Positions 1-12,270 of a stretch of DNA of 64,000 nucleotides are shown one piece after another (positions within the stretch are counted from its first letter, which is position 1; every line of letters begins with the position of its first letter). The notes below the pieces were generated by a model. That model saw only the letters and a program-made list of their open reading frames with translations. It did no database searches and was not told the DNA's origin. Source of the DNA: Azolla caroliniana (taxonomy: Eukaryota; Plantae; Polypodiophyta); the NCBI GenBank assembly GCA_043228905.1, contig JBHGNT010000010.1, forward strand, positions 22,072,001 through 22,136,000. The letters are read 5' to 3'. The position numbers were made by a program, and so were the translations under genes.

Positions 1-440
1 GTTGAGAGATCAAGCTCAACTTAGTTTAGTTACTTAGTCAACTATGTAACTTTGTAGTTACCTAGATAGAATCTAGTTAGAAGTGTTGACTATAACACCT
101 TGAATAGGACCTTGTACTTAAGTGGGATATTCTAGATCCTCCACTCCTAAGTACATTTAATATAGGACTTACACATTAGTACCTATATTCTACTCACACA
201 TGTGCACCTTTGCACATGAGATGTATAATACCTCATTGTGGGTATTTTTGTATTTGATGATGATGATAATGCTAATTTAATATAGTTACTCATCCCCCAT
301 CTTGTGTTCTTCATAAGTGTATCTTCCTCTCTCTCTTCCTCTCACACACATACACACACATCACTTAATCTTCCGCGTTTATTAACTTTATCACATAATT
401 AGGTACTAATTAACTCTTAATTACTTACCTAATTCTTACA
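1..440. mobile_element. Probable LTR (solo or terminal LTR of an element lying left of the window) inserted into the Penelope-like ORF
   Basis: Starts GTTGAGAG at base 1 (the T of TG would be just outside the window) and ends TTACA at 440. The PLE reading frame is open immediately after 440. The partner LTR and TSD are not visible. Confidence 0.5.
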
Positions 441-1128
441 CCGCGAAACATCTCTTTTACCTTCTCGATAGACCTACTTCTACTTTAGATACTTTCATGT
501 GGTTAGGACGTCATACATCTAATTTTCCCTTCTCCCCATATGTGAAAAAGACCCATATAAGGAAACCCCGTAATAAATTTTGGACACCTCTCCTTAATAA
601 ACCTAGAATTAGTAGGATGCACAACCACTCTAATTATTCCCTCTCTAAACATGAGACACAACTCCTTAGCCTGGGTTTGAAACACACCCTCCCATCTTCT
701 CCACCATCATCCCCTACCCTACTCAAAGAATTTGATGGCCTAAGTAGAACCCTTCAACTTAAACATTTTTTCAAAGATGTGGATAATTCGCCCCAAAATC
801 CATTTAAGCTACCTAACCCTAGTTGGCAACCTCCTACTAAGTACACTCCCCTAGAAAACATTATAGCTAAACACCAAACTATCTTTAGGGACACACTTCA
901 TACACTCAAATTAAAACCCACTAGGATTGCACCTCACTTATCACTAGCCTTACAATCTCTTAAGAAAAACAATAAAATCATAATCCTACCTGCTGACAAA
1001 AATGTTGGAGTGTGTGTTCTTGATAAGGACACGTACTATAACAAAGCTATAGAACACCTTTCCGATACTAATACATATAAAAAAGTCTCCCACTATCCAC
1101 TTGAAGAGTTATCCAATAGATTGAAAAG

Positions 1129-4100
1129 TGTTGGGGAGAAGGTCATAAATGCGGAAGTGCAAGCAACATTCGTGACGAAGGAATCTGTGTATGTGAGCAA
1201 GATAGACACAGAGGGAGATAGAGAGAGGCACAAAAAACGTTATATTGCAATAGCAATCGTTACAAATGACAACCGACCTTCACTAAAGGATACAAAGTCA
1301 CTTTATATAGTGACTATCATAGGGTAACTGCCCTTTATGCTATTTACAAAAATAGCCCGAACTTGGGTTGTTCAAAGGGACAGTGTGAATACGGCCATTA
1401 TACACTCGTATTCGACACTCCCCCGTAATGGGCATATACATGGGTTATCTTAAAGAATTACAAGTATATATACAAGGTTTATTAGACAGATCGGTTTTGT
1501 CAAAGACGGCAAGATCCGAGGACAGAAGACCGAATCGGTCGGGTCGGAAAAGCTAAAGCCGATCCTCAGAGAATCGATGTCGGTGGTCCGAAACCATCCT
1601 GTGTTGTGTGTCCGACTTTAACCGGACCGATTTCTCGTTACGCCCATATGGTGCCGAAGGGACTGGAAACGATCCGCCAAAAGACACTTGGTCATTCCAT
1701 CTGCGACATTATCGGTTGTGGATATCTTCTCGAGATCGATTTTCCCTGAAATGACGCAGTCCCGAACGAAGTGATATCGAACGTCGATATGCTTAGAGGC
1801 GTTGTGGTGAACCGGATTTTTTGACAAAGCAACATCACCCTAACTGTCGCTGTAGACAACTGGAGCCGAGTCGGAGTCGACCTGTCGAAACGTGTGCACC
1901 AACCGACCGAGCCATAAAGCTTCTTTTGTCGCGTCGGATGCAGCTACATATTCCGCTTCGGTCGTTGAGGTGGCTGTGCACTCCTGAAGTTTTGACTTCC
2001 ACGAGATTGCTCCATTGCCGAATTTGACACAGTATCTGGTTGTTGATTTCCGACTGTCCACACATCCGGCGAAGTCCGAGTCGGTGTAACCAACTACGCC
2101 TGAGGTTGAGTTCGGGCCGAAAAGAATGTCGTGGTCTTTTGTGCTAGCTAGATATCTAAACACATGCTTGACTGCGTTCCAGTGTGATCGGCCGGGGTTG
2201 TGCATGAATTTGCTAACGACTCCTACGGCGTGAGAGATATTAGGCCGTGTCGCGACCATCGCGTACATGAGGGAGCCAACTGCCCAGTGCATACGGTACC
2301 GACTTCATATCTTCCCCCTCCGGACCGGATGTCGGACAGTCTCGCTGAGACAGCCGAAGGTTAATGGGGAGCGGGGTCAAAGCAGACTTGGCCGATTGCA
2401 TGTTGAAGCGTTATAAGACACGTCCGATGTAGTCAGTTTGAGACAAGAAAAGTTGTCGTGTATCGTGATACCGACTAATCTTCATACCAAGTATGTGTCT
2501 TGCTGGACCGAGGTCCTTCATGGAAATCTTCAACCACAGTTGCCGAACGAGTTCGGTGAGCTCCTCGGCATGTCGACCGGAGAGTAGCATGTCGTCCACG
2601 TAGATGATGAGGAAGACGGGAGACCCGTCTTGAGTTGTTTTGGTCAAGAGACAATGGTCCTCATCGCTCTTTGAGAAGCTGACCAATTGGATGAAGTCGT
2701 CAAACTTCTTGTACCACTGTCGGGGTGCCTGTTTCAGGCCGTAGAGACTCTTCTTGAGTCGGCATACTAGATGTTCTTGGCCGGATGCCACAAAGCCTTT
2801 CGGCTGCTCCATATAGATTTCCTCTTGTCGGTCACCGTGGAGGAATGTCGTTTTTACATCTAGCTGAATCAGCTCCAAGTTGTCAGTGGCCACGACGCCA
2901 AGCATGAAACGAAGGGTCGTCATTTTCACCACTGGTGAAAAGATTTCGTCGAACTCGACGCCATATTCTTGTCGAAATCCCTTCGCAACTAATCTAGCCT
3001 TGTACTTTGGGGTGGTCGAGTCGGACATCTCTTTTAGTCTATAGACCCACTTACACGGAAGAGCACGTCGATTCTTCGGTAATTCGACCAAGTCCCAAGT
3101 CTTGTTTGCCCGAATGGAGTGCATTTACGACTCCATCGCCAGATGCCATGTGGCTGAATCGGCAGATTCTGTTGTTTCTTCGTAAGACGTCGGTTCGCCG
3201 ACGTTGGTAAAGAAAATTCCGGGAGATTACCTCTCCGGAGGTTGCAACAGTCTCTCGGATCTACGAGGTATGATTGGACTAGTCGCACCGGGTGTCAATG
3301 TCGGATGGTCGGGTGCCGAGCCATTCGGTTGTGCCGAATCGGTGGATTCGGTGCGAGAGTTGTCGGTTACCCGTGAAACCAATCTAATGTTGTGGGTTGG
3401 GCCATCATGAAGGGTTGGCACTTCGGAAAATATTACCCATCGGACTTCAATAGGCCTTTCGGCCATTTTATGCATAGTCGACTCGTTGAACACGACGTCC
3501 GAACTTCGGACGATTTGTTTGTGCTCGGGGTCCTAGAGTCGGTATCCGATCTCACCGTCGGGTCCATATCCAAGAAAAACACATTTCCTTGACCTTAGTT
3601 CAAGTTTCCGACGGTCGTCTTTCGGTATGAGAACATACACCTCACAACCGAAGATCCTCAGTTTGTCATAATTCGGCTTACTATCGGTCCATATTTCCTG
3701 AAGTATTTGAAGTCCTAGAGGTCTACTTGGCGACATATTTATTATATGTACTGTCGTAAGTAGAGCCTCCGCCTAGAAGCCATCCAACAGACCGGAGTGT
3801 TGGAGCATGGATACTACGCGTTCTTGAATCGTCTGATTCATGCGTTCAGCAATTACGTTCTTCTCCGGACTATAGGGTGTCGTATATTCACGTCGAATGC
3901 CGCGTTCTCGACAGAATTTGACGAATTCTTTAGACTTGAATTCTCCTCCATTGTCGGTTCGGAGACATTTCAGTTTCCGAACGGTCTGATTTTCGACCAT
4001 TGCAAGCCATTCGGAGAAGATCGAGAACACCCGATTTTTTGTTCTGATGGGGTAAGCCCACACCTTCCGAGTCGAGTCGTCAATAAAACTGACGAAGTAC

Positions 4101-6510
4101 GAAGCATCCCCGAGAGACTGATGTGGCATCGGGCCACAGACGTCCGAGTGGACCAAATCGAGGGGACTCGATTCTCTTGGTGTTGATGTCGGGTGTGATG
4201 TGGCTACTTGTTTGCCGTACTGGCAATACTCGCAGAATTGGTGATCCGAGAAGGAGAGTTTGGGGATGTAATCGGCTTTGGATAGGTGCGTTATGTCGGC
4301 CTTGCTGAGGTGTCCAAGTTGTCCGTGCCATAACGATGACACGGGGATATCAACCAAAAATAAGTCATCCTCTTTGAGTGTGACATATAAAGGATACAAG
4401 GAATGTACCTTTGGTCCTCGAGCAAGCAGGAGGTTCCCTTTGTGGAGTGTCCACCCTCCTGATGAGAATCCGGCACGGATGCCGGCTTCGTCAAGTTGTC
4501 CGACTGAGATCAAGGGTCTTGAAAGCTCAGGAACGTGTCGGACGTTGTGTAGTACGAGTGTAGAGCCTCCCGGAAGATTGAGCTCTATGGTGCCGATTCC
4601 GATTATAGCACAGTGCCACGAGTTTCCGACTCGAACTGAGTTGGAGTGCCGGTTTGAGTATTGCCGAAACTGAGATCGGTGAGATGTCACATGATACGAT
4701 GCGCCCGAGTCCAGGAGCCATGTGCTCAATTCCTCAATCGTAAGCCGAACTTCTGATTCGATTGGGTTCTCTATGGACAGTATGTTCGGGTCGGTCGTCA
4801 AAATTTCGGCTGAAGAGCCGACGTAGTTGACCTCATGCTGGCTACTCTTCTGATCCGCTCTCTAAGCTTTGTCATTTTTTGCTTTGAGTGCTCAGCAGTC
4901 GGCTTTGATGTGTCTCGGTTTCTTGCAGTAGTTGCAAATTTGGTTGTCTTGGGACTTGCTCCGGCTTCGCTGATTGTTCGGCGGTCGGGAAGAACTTCTT
5001 CCCCTGTTGTTCGATCGGTCGGTCGAACCTTGTACTACGTAAGCTTCATTTGCCGAGTCTTTGGCGAAAGACTTTCTCCGAGCTGCTTCAGTCAAGATTG
5101 CGCTCGTGACTTCGGAATACTTAACTGCAGATGTTGAAGCATTGCACACAGTTGTAATGAAAGTTTCCCATGAAGAGGGGAGACTACTCATGAGTATCAT
5201 TGCTCTGAGTTCATCCTTGATTTTTGTCCCCTGAGACGAGATTTGGGAGCTTATGCTTTCGTACTCGTTGAGGTGTGCCTAAACCGAATCAGATTCTTTC
5301 ATCCGCAAGTTGTAGAGGCGCCGGATCAGATACATCTTCGTTGCGGCAACCTTCTTTCCATAAGTTTCCGACAGTGTTTTCCAAAGTTCAAACGTTTTCG
5401 TGCATGATTGCACTGTGAAGTACACTAACTCCAAATCGTGGCGCGGACGATTCTGTCCAGCTTTAGCCACTCGTTTGCCTTGTATGCTTCTGGAGGATTT
5501 TCCTTCTCAATCGGGTCTATCTGACCCTTGACTATGAGATAGTCCTACATTTGTTCCTTCTAGAAGTTGAAGTTCGAACTGTCGAACCTCCTTAGACTCA
5601 TCTCCCATGAGCCGGATGTTGATGCCATCTGCTTCAGTTTCGGTTGGTAAGACTCAAGGTTCGGAGTTGACTACGAACCTTAGTGGGGTGCAGCCAGTCG
5701 GCTCACCCGATATCGTTCTAGTCGGTTTTGAACCTGAGTCGGTTTGGTTTTGGATACTTGTTGCTGAACTTGCTCGGAGTGACTCCGGTAACTTGAGGGA
5801 TAGAACCGGCTGGTCTTCCCTAATGTTGCCGAGTCGGAGTGAGCCCAGTTAGCTTCCGATTGTATGCCGAATACTGATTACACGAAACCGATTGTTTGGG
5901 TTGATTTTGCTTCGGATTACTGCAGCGATGAGAGGGACGGATCCAACTAATCCTCCCAAATGTCGATCAGCCGAGTGAAGCACGAAGTGGTTGGTTGTTG
6001 CTCAAGGTGCTCCCCTCAAGTGGTTACAATCATAGGAACAGAGTACAACCGACTGGCTTACTCCAATTTGTGATTTAACACAGTGAGATGCGAGCTTTTT
6101 GTTTTTCTTCTCCCTTCTCTGTTCTTCAAAGAAAACGAAAATAGAATGTTGTGTTGTGCGATGATGGCCGGCAGCGGGTTGAAGAACCTCCAACACTCTA
6201 ATACTAAATGCTGGGGACAAGGCCGTCAATGCAGAAGTGCAAGCAACATTCGTGATGAAGGAATTTGTGTATCATGAGCAAGATAGACACAGAGGGAGAG
6301 AGAGAGAGAGAGAGAGAGAGGCACAAAAAACGTTATATTGCAATAACAATCGTTACAAATGACAACCGACCTTCACTAAAGGTTACAAAGTCACTTTATA
6401 TAGTGACTATCCTAGGTCAACTGCCCTTTATGCTATTTACATAAATAGCCTGAACTTGGGCTGTCCAAAGGGACAGTGTGAATACGGCCATTATACACTC
6501 GTATTCGACA
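1129..6510 (-). mobile_element. Ty1/Copia LTR retrotransposon A (decayed)
   Basis: LTRs 1129-1417 and 6209-6510 (TG..CA). TSD AAAAG at 1124-1128 and 6511-6515. PPT (CTCCCCC on +) at 1418-1424. Degenerate tRNA-iMet PBS at ~6196-6206. Gag-PR-INT-RT-RH order on the minus strand. Confidence 0.95.
1618..5610 (-). pseudogene. Copia A gag-pol with multiple stops and frameshifts
   Basis: CNYCKKPRHIKADC knuckle, WLLDSGAS protease, HSDVCGP/RTDNGGEF integrase, YVDDML RT, YTDSDFAG and KHIDVRYHF RNase H, spread over several broken ORFs. Confidence 0.92.
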
Positions 6511-6575
6511 AAAAGCATTGTTAATAACCATCTTGGTACCCTATCCAACATAGAAGCCAACGACATACTACATAA

Positions 6576-7179
6576 TCCCGCAAGTTGTAGAGGCGCCGAA
6601 TCAGATACATCTTCGTTGCGGCAACCTTCTTTTCATAAGTTTCCGACAGTGTTTTCCAAAGTTCAAACGTTTTCGTGCATGATTGCATTATGAAGTACAC
6701 TGACTCCGACAAGTGCATCCGAATCGTGGCGAGGACGATTCTGTCCAGCTTTAGCCACTCGTTTGCCTTGTATGCTTCTGGAGGATTTTCATTCTCAATC
6801 GGGTCTATCTGACCCTTGACTATGAGATAGTCCTACATTTGTTCCTTCTAGAAGTTGAAGTTCGAACCGTCGAACCTCCTTAGACTCATCTCCCATGAGC
6901 CGGATGTTGATGCCATCTGCTTCAGTTTCGGTTGGTAAGACTCAAGGTTCGGAGTTGACTAAATGACAATCGACCTTCACTAAAGGTTACAAAGTCACTT
7001 TATATAGTGACTATCCTAGGTCAACTGCCCTTTATGCTATTTACATAAATAGCCCGAACTTGGGCTATCCAAAGGGACAGTGTGAATACGGCCATTATAC
7101 ACTTGTATTCGACAAAAAGCATTGTTAATAACCATCTTGGTACCCTATCCAACATAGAAGCCAACTACATACTACATAA
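6576..7179 (+). repeat. Local duplication of a Copia A gag segment plus LTR end plus PLE flank
   Basis: 6576-6960 matches ~5303-5672. 6961-7179 matches ~6357-6575, including the LTR end TTCGACA and the AAAAG TSD. Confidence 0.9.
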
Positions 7180-8515
7180 ACCCTCAAAAGGGTACCAAGT
7201 ATGCAATATCTATTTCCTCCCAAAACCCCATAAAAACCCAATAGGTTTTAGACCTATTTGCTCATACAATAACTCCCTTTTTGAACAAACATCAAAATGG
7301 CTTCACCACCAACTCATGCCTATCCTTCTCCTTCAGAAGCAATATTTGAAAGACTCACATTCCCTTGTCCAGACTTTAGAACATCTCAACCCACCCCCTA
7401 ATAGCTTTATCTTCACCTTTGATGTTGAATCTTTATATACCAACATACCCCCTAGGTTAGGACTTCAAGCTTTACGAAAAATGATTACCCCACATTTCAT
7501 TTTTCATCTTCTAAAACTAACCTTATCTATACACTTAGTGCACTCACGTTAGAATATCACTTTCTATCCTTTGATAACATGATCTATCAACAAGTCAAGG
7601 GTACAGCCATGGGTAGTAATTTTTCTGTAGTTTATGCATGCCTATTCTTAGCTCACTTAGAGAACTCCCAACCATCACACCCTAATCTTTTCTATTTCAC
7701 TAGACATATAGATGATGCATTCGGGATATGGACGGGTTCTAAACCCGAATTAGAAAATTACCTCCAGTTCTATAACACCTCCACTAATAATTGCATCAAA
7801 ATTACCATCACCACTTCTCCCTTTAGATTACCGTTCTTAGATTTATGGATTAACCTAAAGAATTCACATTTCTCCTTTAATTGCTACCAAAAGCCCCAAA
7901 ATGCCTACCAATATCTCTCATTCTCGTCAATTCACCCCCTTCACTTAAAACGTCATTTTATTATTAATGAACTAAAACGATACCTAATTAGAGAAAGTAC
8001 CCCCTTAGGTTTCCTTCGAATGAAAAAACTATTTTTTAGTAGATTACTTAAGAGAGGATATCCCCTATCTTTTATATTAGAGAATTATAAAAAGGTCCTA
8101 TTTAGCGCTAGGAAATCACTAGTATTTAGTAGAAAACCTAAAAGTACCCTTATACCTGTCATCTTCAAACTTAGGTATATGAAAGATACCCCTAGATTAG
8201 GAATTCACAACATGCTAGAAAACCTCCACGCAGATTTAGCCACACATCCCCAACTATCCGAACTACCGCTACCCTTCATATGTTGGACTAAGTCTAAGTC
8301 CATTCATTCCCTTCTCGTCAAAACTAAATATAAATCCATAAATACTCCCACTTAATACTATATTCCTTTTATATCCCCCTCTTCTTAGAGCCCACCACCA
8401 CCCCCACCTATCACTTATCATATACATACATATAACCCCCCTCTAGCCCACTTTCACTTATCAATCCTTTGCCTATAACAATTCCCCGTTTCCCTCTCTC
8501 CCCTCATTAAACTCT

Positions 8516-8550
<35 letters not shown>

Positions 8551-8581
8551 CCCTATATAAACCTACCCTCTTGTTGTCAAT

Positions 8582-8633
8582 GACCTTGGCACTAATGAGC
8601 TCTACCTAGAGCGAAACTAGTTTGCACAAGGTC
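8582..8633 (+). ncRNA. Minimal type I hammerhead ribozyme motif (core variant CUAAUGA)
   Basis: GACCTTG-GCA-CTAATGA-GCTCTA.CC.TAGAGC-GAAA-CTAG-TT-TGC-A-CAAGGTC. Stem I is 10 bp with a 1-nt bulge, stem II is GCTCTA/TAGAGC, and the stem III region is the palindrome AACTAGTT. Confidence 0.8.
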
Positions 8634-9364
8634 TTTCTAATGAAAATTTCTTAAGCTGTTCTTTTTTTCTCACTCACTCTTCTCTTCTTCTTTCATCTCA
8701 TTCTCTCATTCTCTTTTACTCTTGTTCACCTCTAATCCTACTCACCTTGGTTTCACTTGCATCATTGCTTTATTTCTTTTCTTACTCTTCCCATATCATC
8801 TCAATAGTTGTGCTAGTTCGCTCGCACTCCTTGCCACGACGCTACAGTCACAACAATAGTATTATTTAAGTAGACACATATTGCACAATGTTTAATATGA
8901 GGAGTCACGGTATGATAAACATTTTTTGTATTTTTTGGGCTTTAAGAAATATATGATGATTAAGTATTCAATTTATATGAACTTTTTGTATGATTTCATT
9001 ATCTTTGTCAAGTAGTTATGTTTATTTGTGCATCTTTGTGTATTTTCTATAGTAATAAAATGTATAATAATGAAGCATCATATAGAGATTTTCATTATTA
9101 AAACTTGTACGTCAAATGACATATTACTTTTTGCACTCTCATGTCATATGACATACATCTTTAAAAAATGTCGTCAAGCCCTAAGTGGGCCATCAAACAT
9201 GATATAAAACAATCATTACTATCTTCCACTTCAATAGTTCAAAAGAAACAATTGCTTTTTTGGGAAAAAAAAGAAAAAGAAAGAAACAATTGCATGTTGT
9301 TGATCTTGTCCCTTTACAACTGAATTTTGACTCGCTCCAAGAATTTCGTGCAAGGCTAACTCTA

Positions 9365-9640
9365 TGCTTACCATTAAATACAAAAGCATTGCATATATCT
9401 CATTACGCCATTATCTCTAATATCTCATAAATAGGAAAACTTATCTCTCTCCATCTTTAATTTTGGGTCAAAAATAATCAAATATGAGAAACGTAACCCG
9501 AAATTTAGTGGGCCATTATCAAACATGATATAAAACAATGATTGCTATCTTCCACTTGAATAGTTCAAAAGAAACAATTGCATGTTGTTGATCTTGTCCC
9601 TTAACAACTAAACTCAAAGGCAAACCCCCTCTGGATACTC
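9365..9640 (+). repeat. Diverged copy of the sequence upstream of the DSBA gene (41380-41727)
   Basis: Collinear blocks shared with 41380-41727: ACCATTAAATACAAAAGCATTGCATA, AAATAGGAAAAC, TAACCCGAAATTTAGTGGGC, TATCTTCCACTTGAATAGT, CTCAAAGGCAAACCCC. Confidence 0.8.
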
Positions 9641-9789
9641 GGCATGAATAAATGGAGTGTATACTTTAAGTCTAGACTTTAAGTTGGTTGGAAAAGTTAT
9701 TACATGTTGGAAAATAAATGAAACCAAAGTGATACTCATGGATGTATATACTTTGCATGTAGACTTCAAGCTGGTTAGAGAAGTTATAT

Positions 9790-10090
9790 AATCCCATGGT
9801 AACACAAGTTTTGCTTTATGGAGTGGAAGTGTGGAAAGGGACTCTCTCTCGAGAAGATTCACACAAAGGTTTTTTAAGGAGACAATTGGGAGTAAAATCC
9901 ACCACCTCCTATCAACTAATGATTCTTGATTCTTTTGTAGTTTACATGATTCCAAGCAACATATGGTAATATGTGATTTGGCATACTCCTGACATTTTTA
10001 ATGTATCCATATACCCTTTGTAGCACCAATATCTCTATAGGTTGGAGTTGCATTATGGAATCAAAAGCAGCCAAATATAAAGGCATATAA
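9790..10090 (+). mobile_element. Non-LTR (LINE) RT C-terminal remnant
   Basis: Frameshifted translation QVLLYGVEVWKG..EKIH..FLRRQLGVKSTTSYQLM resembles the LLYG.E.W..FLR..LGV motif found after LINE RT domains. Confidence 0.5.
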
Positions 10091-10408
10091 GGTATGCACG
10101 GACGGACCAATAGAGGATGAATATTACTTATTTTTTACAAGCTCTGCATATAGTGCAACTCGTGAAAGCTATGTGATATATATATATATATGTGGAGGAG
10201 GTGACTACTTGAGTATCATACTGTCATGTCACCAATTCATATTTTCTTGTAGGTCTACTGCTAAGGATGGTCTAGAATTCAAAGATTGGACATGGTGCCT
10301 AGTATCCTTTTTAATTCATCTTTATGTAAAACATTGTCATCATGTTACTTAGAAGTAGCAATGGGCTCGGTTTTGGCTCATACCGAACCAAACCAAAAAA
10401 CTGTGACT

Positions 10409-12270
10409 ATAAGCGTTAAGTGGCATCTGAATTTAAACATCTATATAGGCGCACATAAGAAGCTAAGAATACGTATAAGCATATCTCTGATCTAAACTCA
10501 CATGAAATCACCCCTCATAATCTTAGGGTTCACCCACCGAAATTAACAATAGGTCATGAGGAGATCAATTCGAGCTTGCGAACAGAATTTCTAGCCCTCA
10601 CAACACAATATCGCAAGGATCTTACAACATGTTATATTCGGCATTTAGACTTATTAGTCCACGCATTAACCAAAGCCATAGATGATTTTCCTAATCAAGT
10701 TCGTACCGACATAGTAAAAATAATGGAAACAATGCAAGAACCCCCATTCATACAAGACGTGACATCACTAGTAGGTCCCGATTCATTCCAAGATAGAATG
10801 GCACATTGGCAGCAAGAGTTTGCCACAGAAATCCTTAGAGCTTGTGATGAAGTAGCAGTTACTAATTCTATTACCGCAACTATTAGAAAGAAGGCCACTA
10901 TCGGTAGAGACAAAGCAGAGAGTAGCATGCACAACATTAACGATAAAAACAATGTTTGAGAAATCGACATAGAGATGAGTGATAATGAAGATTATAATGT
11001 TAATAACAATCCCTTTACAATTCCAAATTATATTAGGAGTGAAAAACCAAAAAAATCCTCTACAAATTATCCCATTCAAAAACCTAACCCTAAAGCTAAC
11101 GCTAACTCTAACACTAACCCCAACCCCAAACTAAAATCCTCTACAAAGAACCTACAACCTAATCCCTTTCAAAAATCTAACCCTATTGCTAACCCTAACC
11201 CTAATTTTCCAGCAAAAAGAAATCCTCCATCATTGAACCACCGCAACCTCCTCCCGCAATACATCTGCAACATAACAAATAATCAAGTAAGTAGAAATCC
11301 TCATCAAACCCATTATGGCCCACCAGTCTTACTTTATAACCCTAATCGCCCTTTCTTTAATCCTATCTACAACCCAACTAACCATCTAGGGCACACGGTT
11401 CCCTCATGCGCGGTGGAAGCGACATACCCACCGAGGGCATTTGTTCAACATCCTCACATCGAACGAATTTCAAACCAACATATTTCAGCCTTGCACGAGC
11501 CACACCCACAGCCTATACATCACCATCATACCTCGCCGGAATTTGAATTGGAAGGATATAACAGAGAGCGAAGATCTTACTTCGATAGCAGCTACACGTG
11601 CGACGATGGTGGACGACTGTCACACCATAACGGCGGCTACATGAGCCGCGACGATAATTATCCTACGGGCAGATACAGGAGGTCCATCCAATGCGAAGGC
11701 CGTACATCTTATGGAAGCGGCACACGTGCCAACATAAGACAAGCAGTGTATCCCCATGTGGCAGTTGTGCAAGAGATCATGCAAGCCATGGCACGAACGA
11801 CCTTCCCTCTTTCCCTCTCATCCCTTCTCCTCCTCGTCTCCTCCCCACCCCACCCCTGCAGACAATTTCAAACAGACCCTCTCACCTCCCATATGTGTTT
11901 AACCCTAATCACGCCCCTACCCCCCCTCCTTACTTCCTACAAATTTGATGCATGCCCCCCCTTTATTTTCTATAAACCTCCCGCATACCCCTCCCCCATT
12001 TTTTAACCATACCCCTATGCATTTCCCCTTATTCCCCCCTAATAACCCCCATAACGTTTCCCTATTTCCAAACTATACCCCTCCCCCTTTTCATGCATTT
12101 CCTACACATAGCCCTCCCTTCTTTACACATAACTCCCCTAAGTCTACTTCTAGTAGATTTCAATATTCTATCGCACCCTCTAAATTTCCCCGAGACATAT
12201 ATGAAATCCCTCATAGAAAACAACCTACCCGTACTCACAATAATCGCCCCCTTCCCATGAAACTACATCA
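10409..12270 (+). mobile_element. Probable N-terminal/5' fragment of a Penelope-like element
   Basis: One long decayed frame: ORFs 10576-10959 and 10975-12006 are in frame, separated by a single TGA. The motif ITPHNLRVHPPK..F..L..YIRHL resembles PLE N-termini. It has the same C-rich + strand bias as the PLE at 441-8355. Confidence 0.5.

Larger units (their letters stand above)
497..8355 (+). pseudogene. PLE reverse transcriptase ORF (pieces 497-1128, 7115-~7550, ~7550-8355)
   Basis: ORF-track pieces 497-1327 (valid to 1128), 7082-7552 and 7579-8355. There is a frameshift near 7500-7560, the catalytic motif reads HIDD instead of YIDD, and the stop at 8355 follows the thumb/linker region. Confidence 0.85.
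441..8870 (+). mobile_element. Penelope-like retroelement (PLE), decayed, no C-terminal endonuclease, interrupted by Copia A
   Basis: PLE-type motifs NYSLSKHETQLLSLGLKH, IIILPADKNVGVCVLDKDTY..HLSDTNTYKK, IYFLPKPHK, FRPICS, FDVESLYTNIP, YQQVKGTAMGS, RHIDD, LPFLDL, YQKP..YLSFSSIHP, RGYP. The frame rejoins across the AAAAG TSD (..RLKS|IVNNHLG..). A hammerhead lies downstream. The 3' boundary is approximate. Confidence 0.88.

Noticed and set aside
10409-10495. IYIGAHKKLRIR resembles the YIG half of a GIY-YIG nuclease
   Set aside because: No GIY half at the proper spacing, a stop follows at once, and it lies in a different frame from the long decayed ORF. Probably chance; an HMM scan of the family consensus would settle it.
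11080-11205. CCCTAA/CCCTAAA telomere-like words in the PLE-like fragment
   Set aside because: Only a few scattered units, explained by Asn-Pro codon repeats; not a telomeric array.
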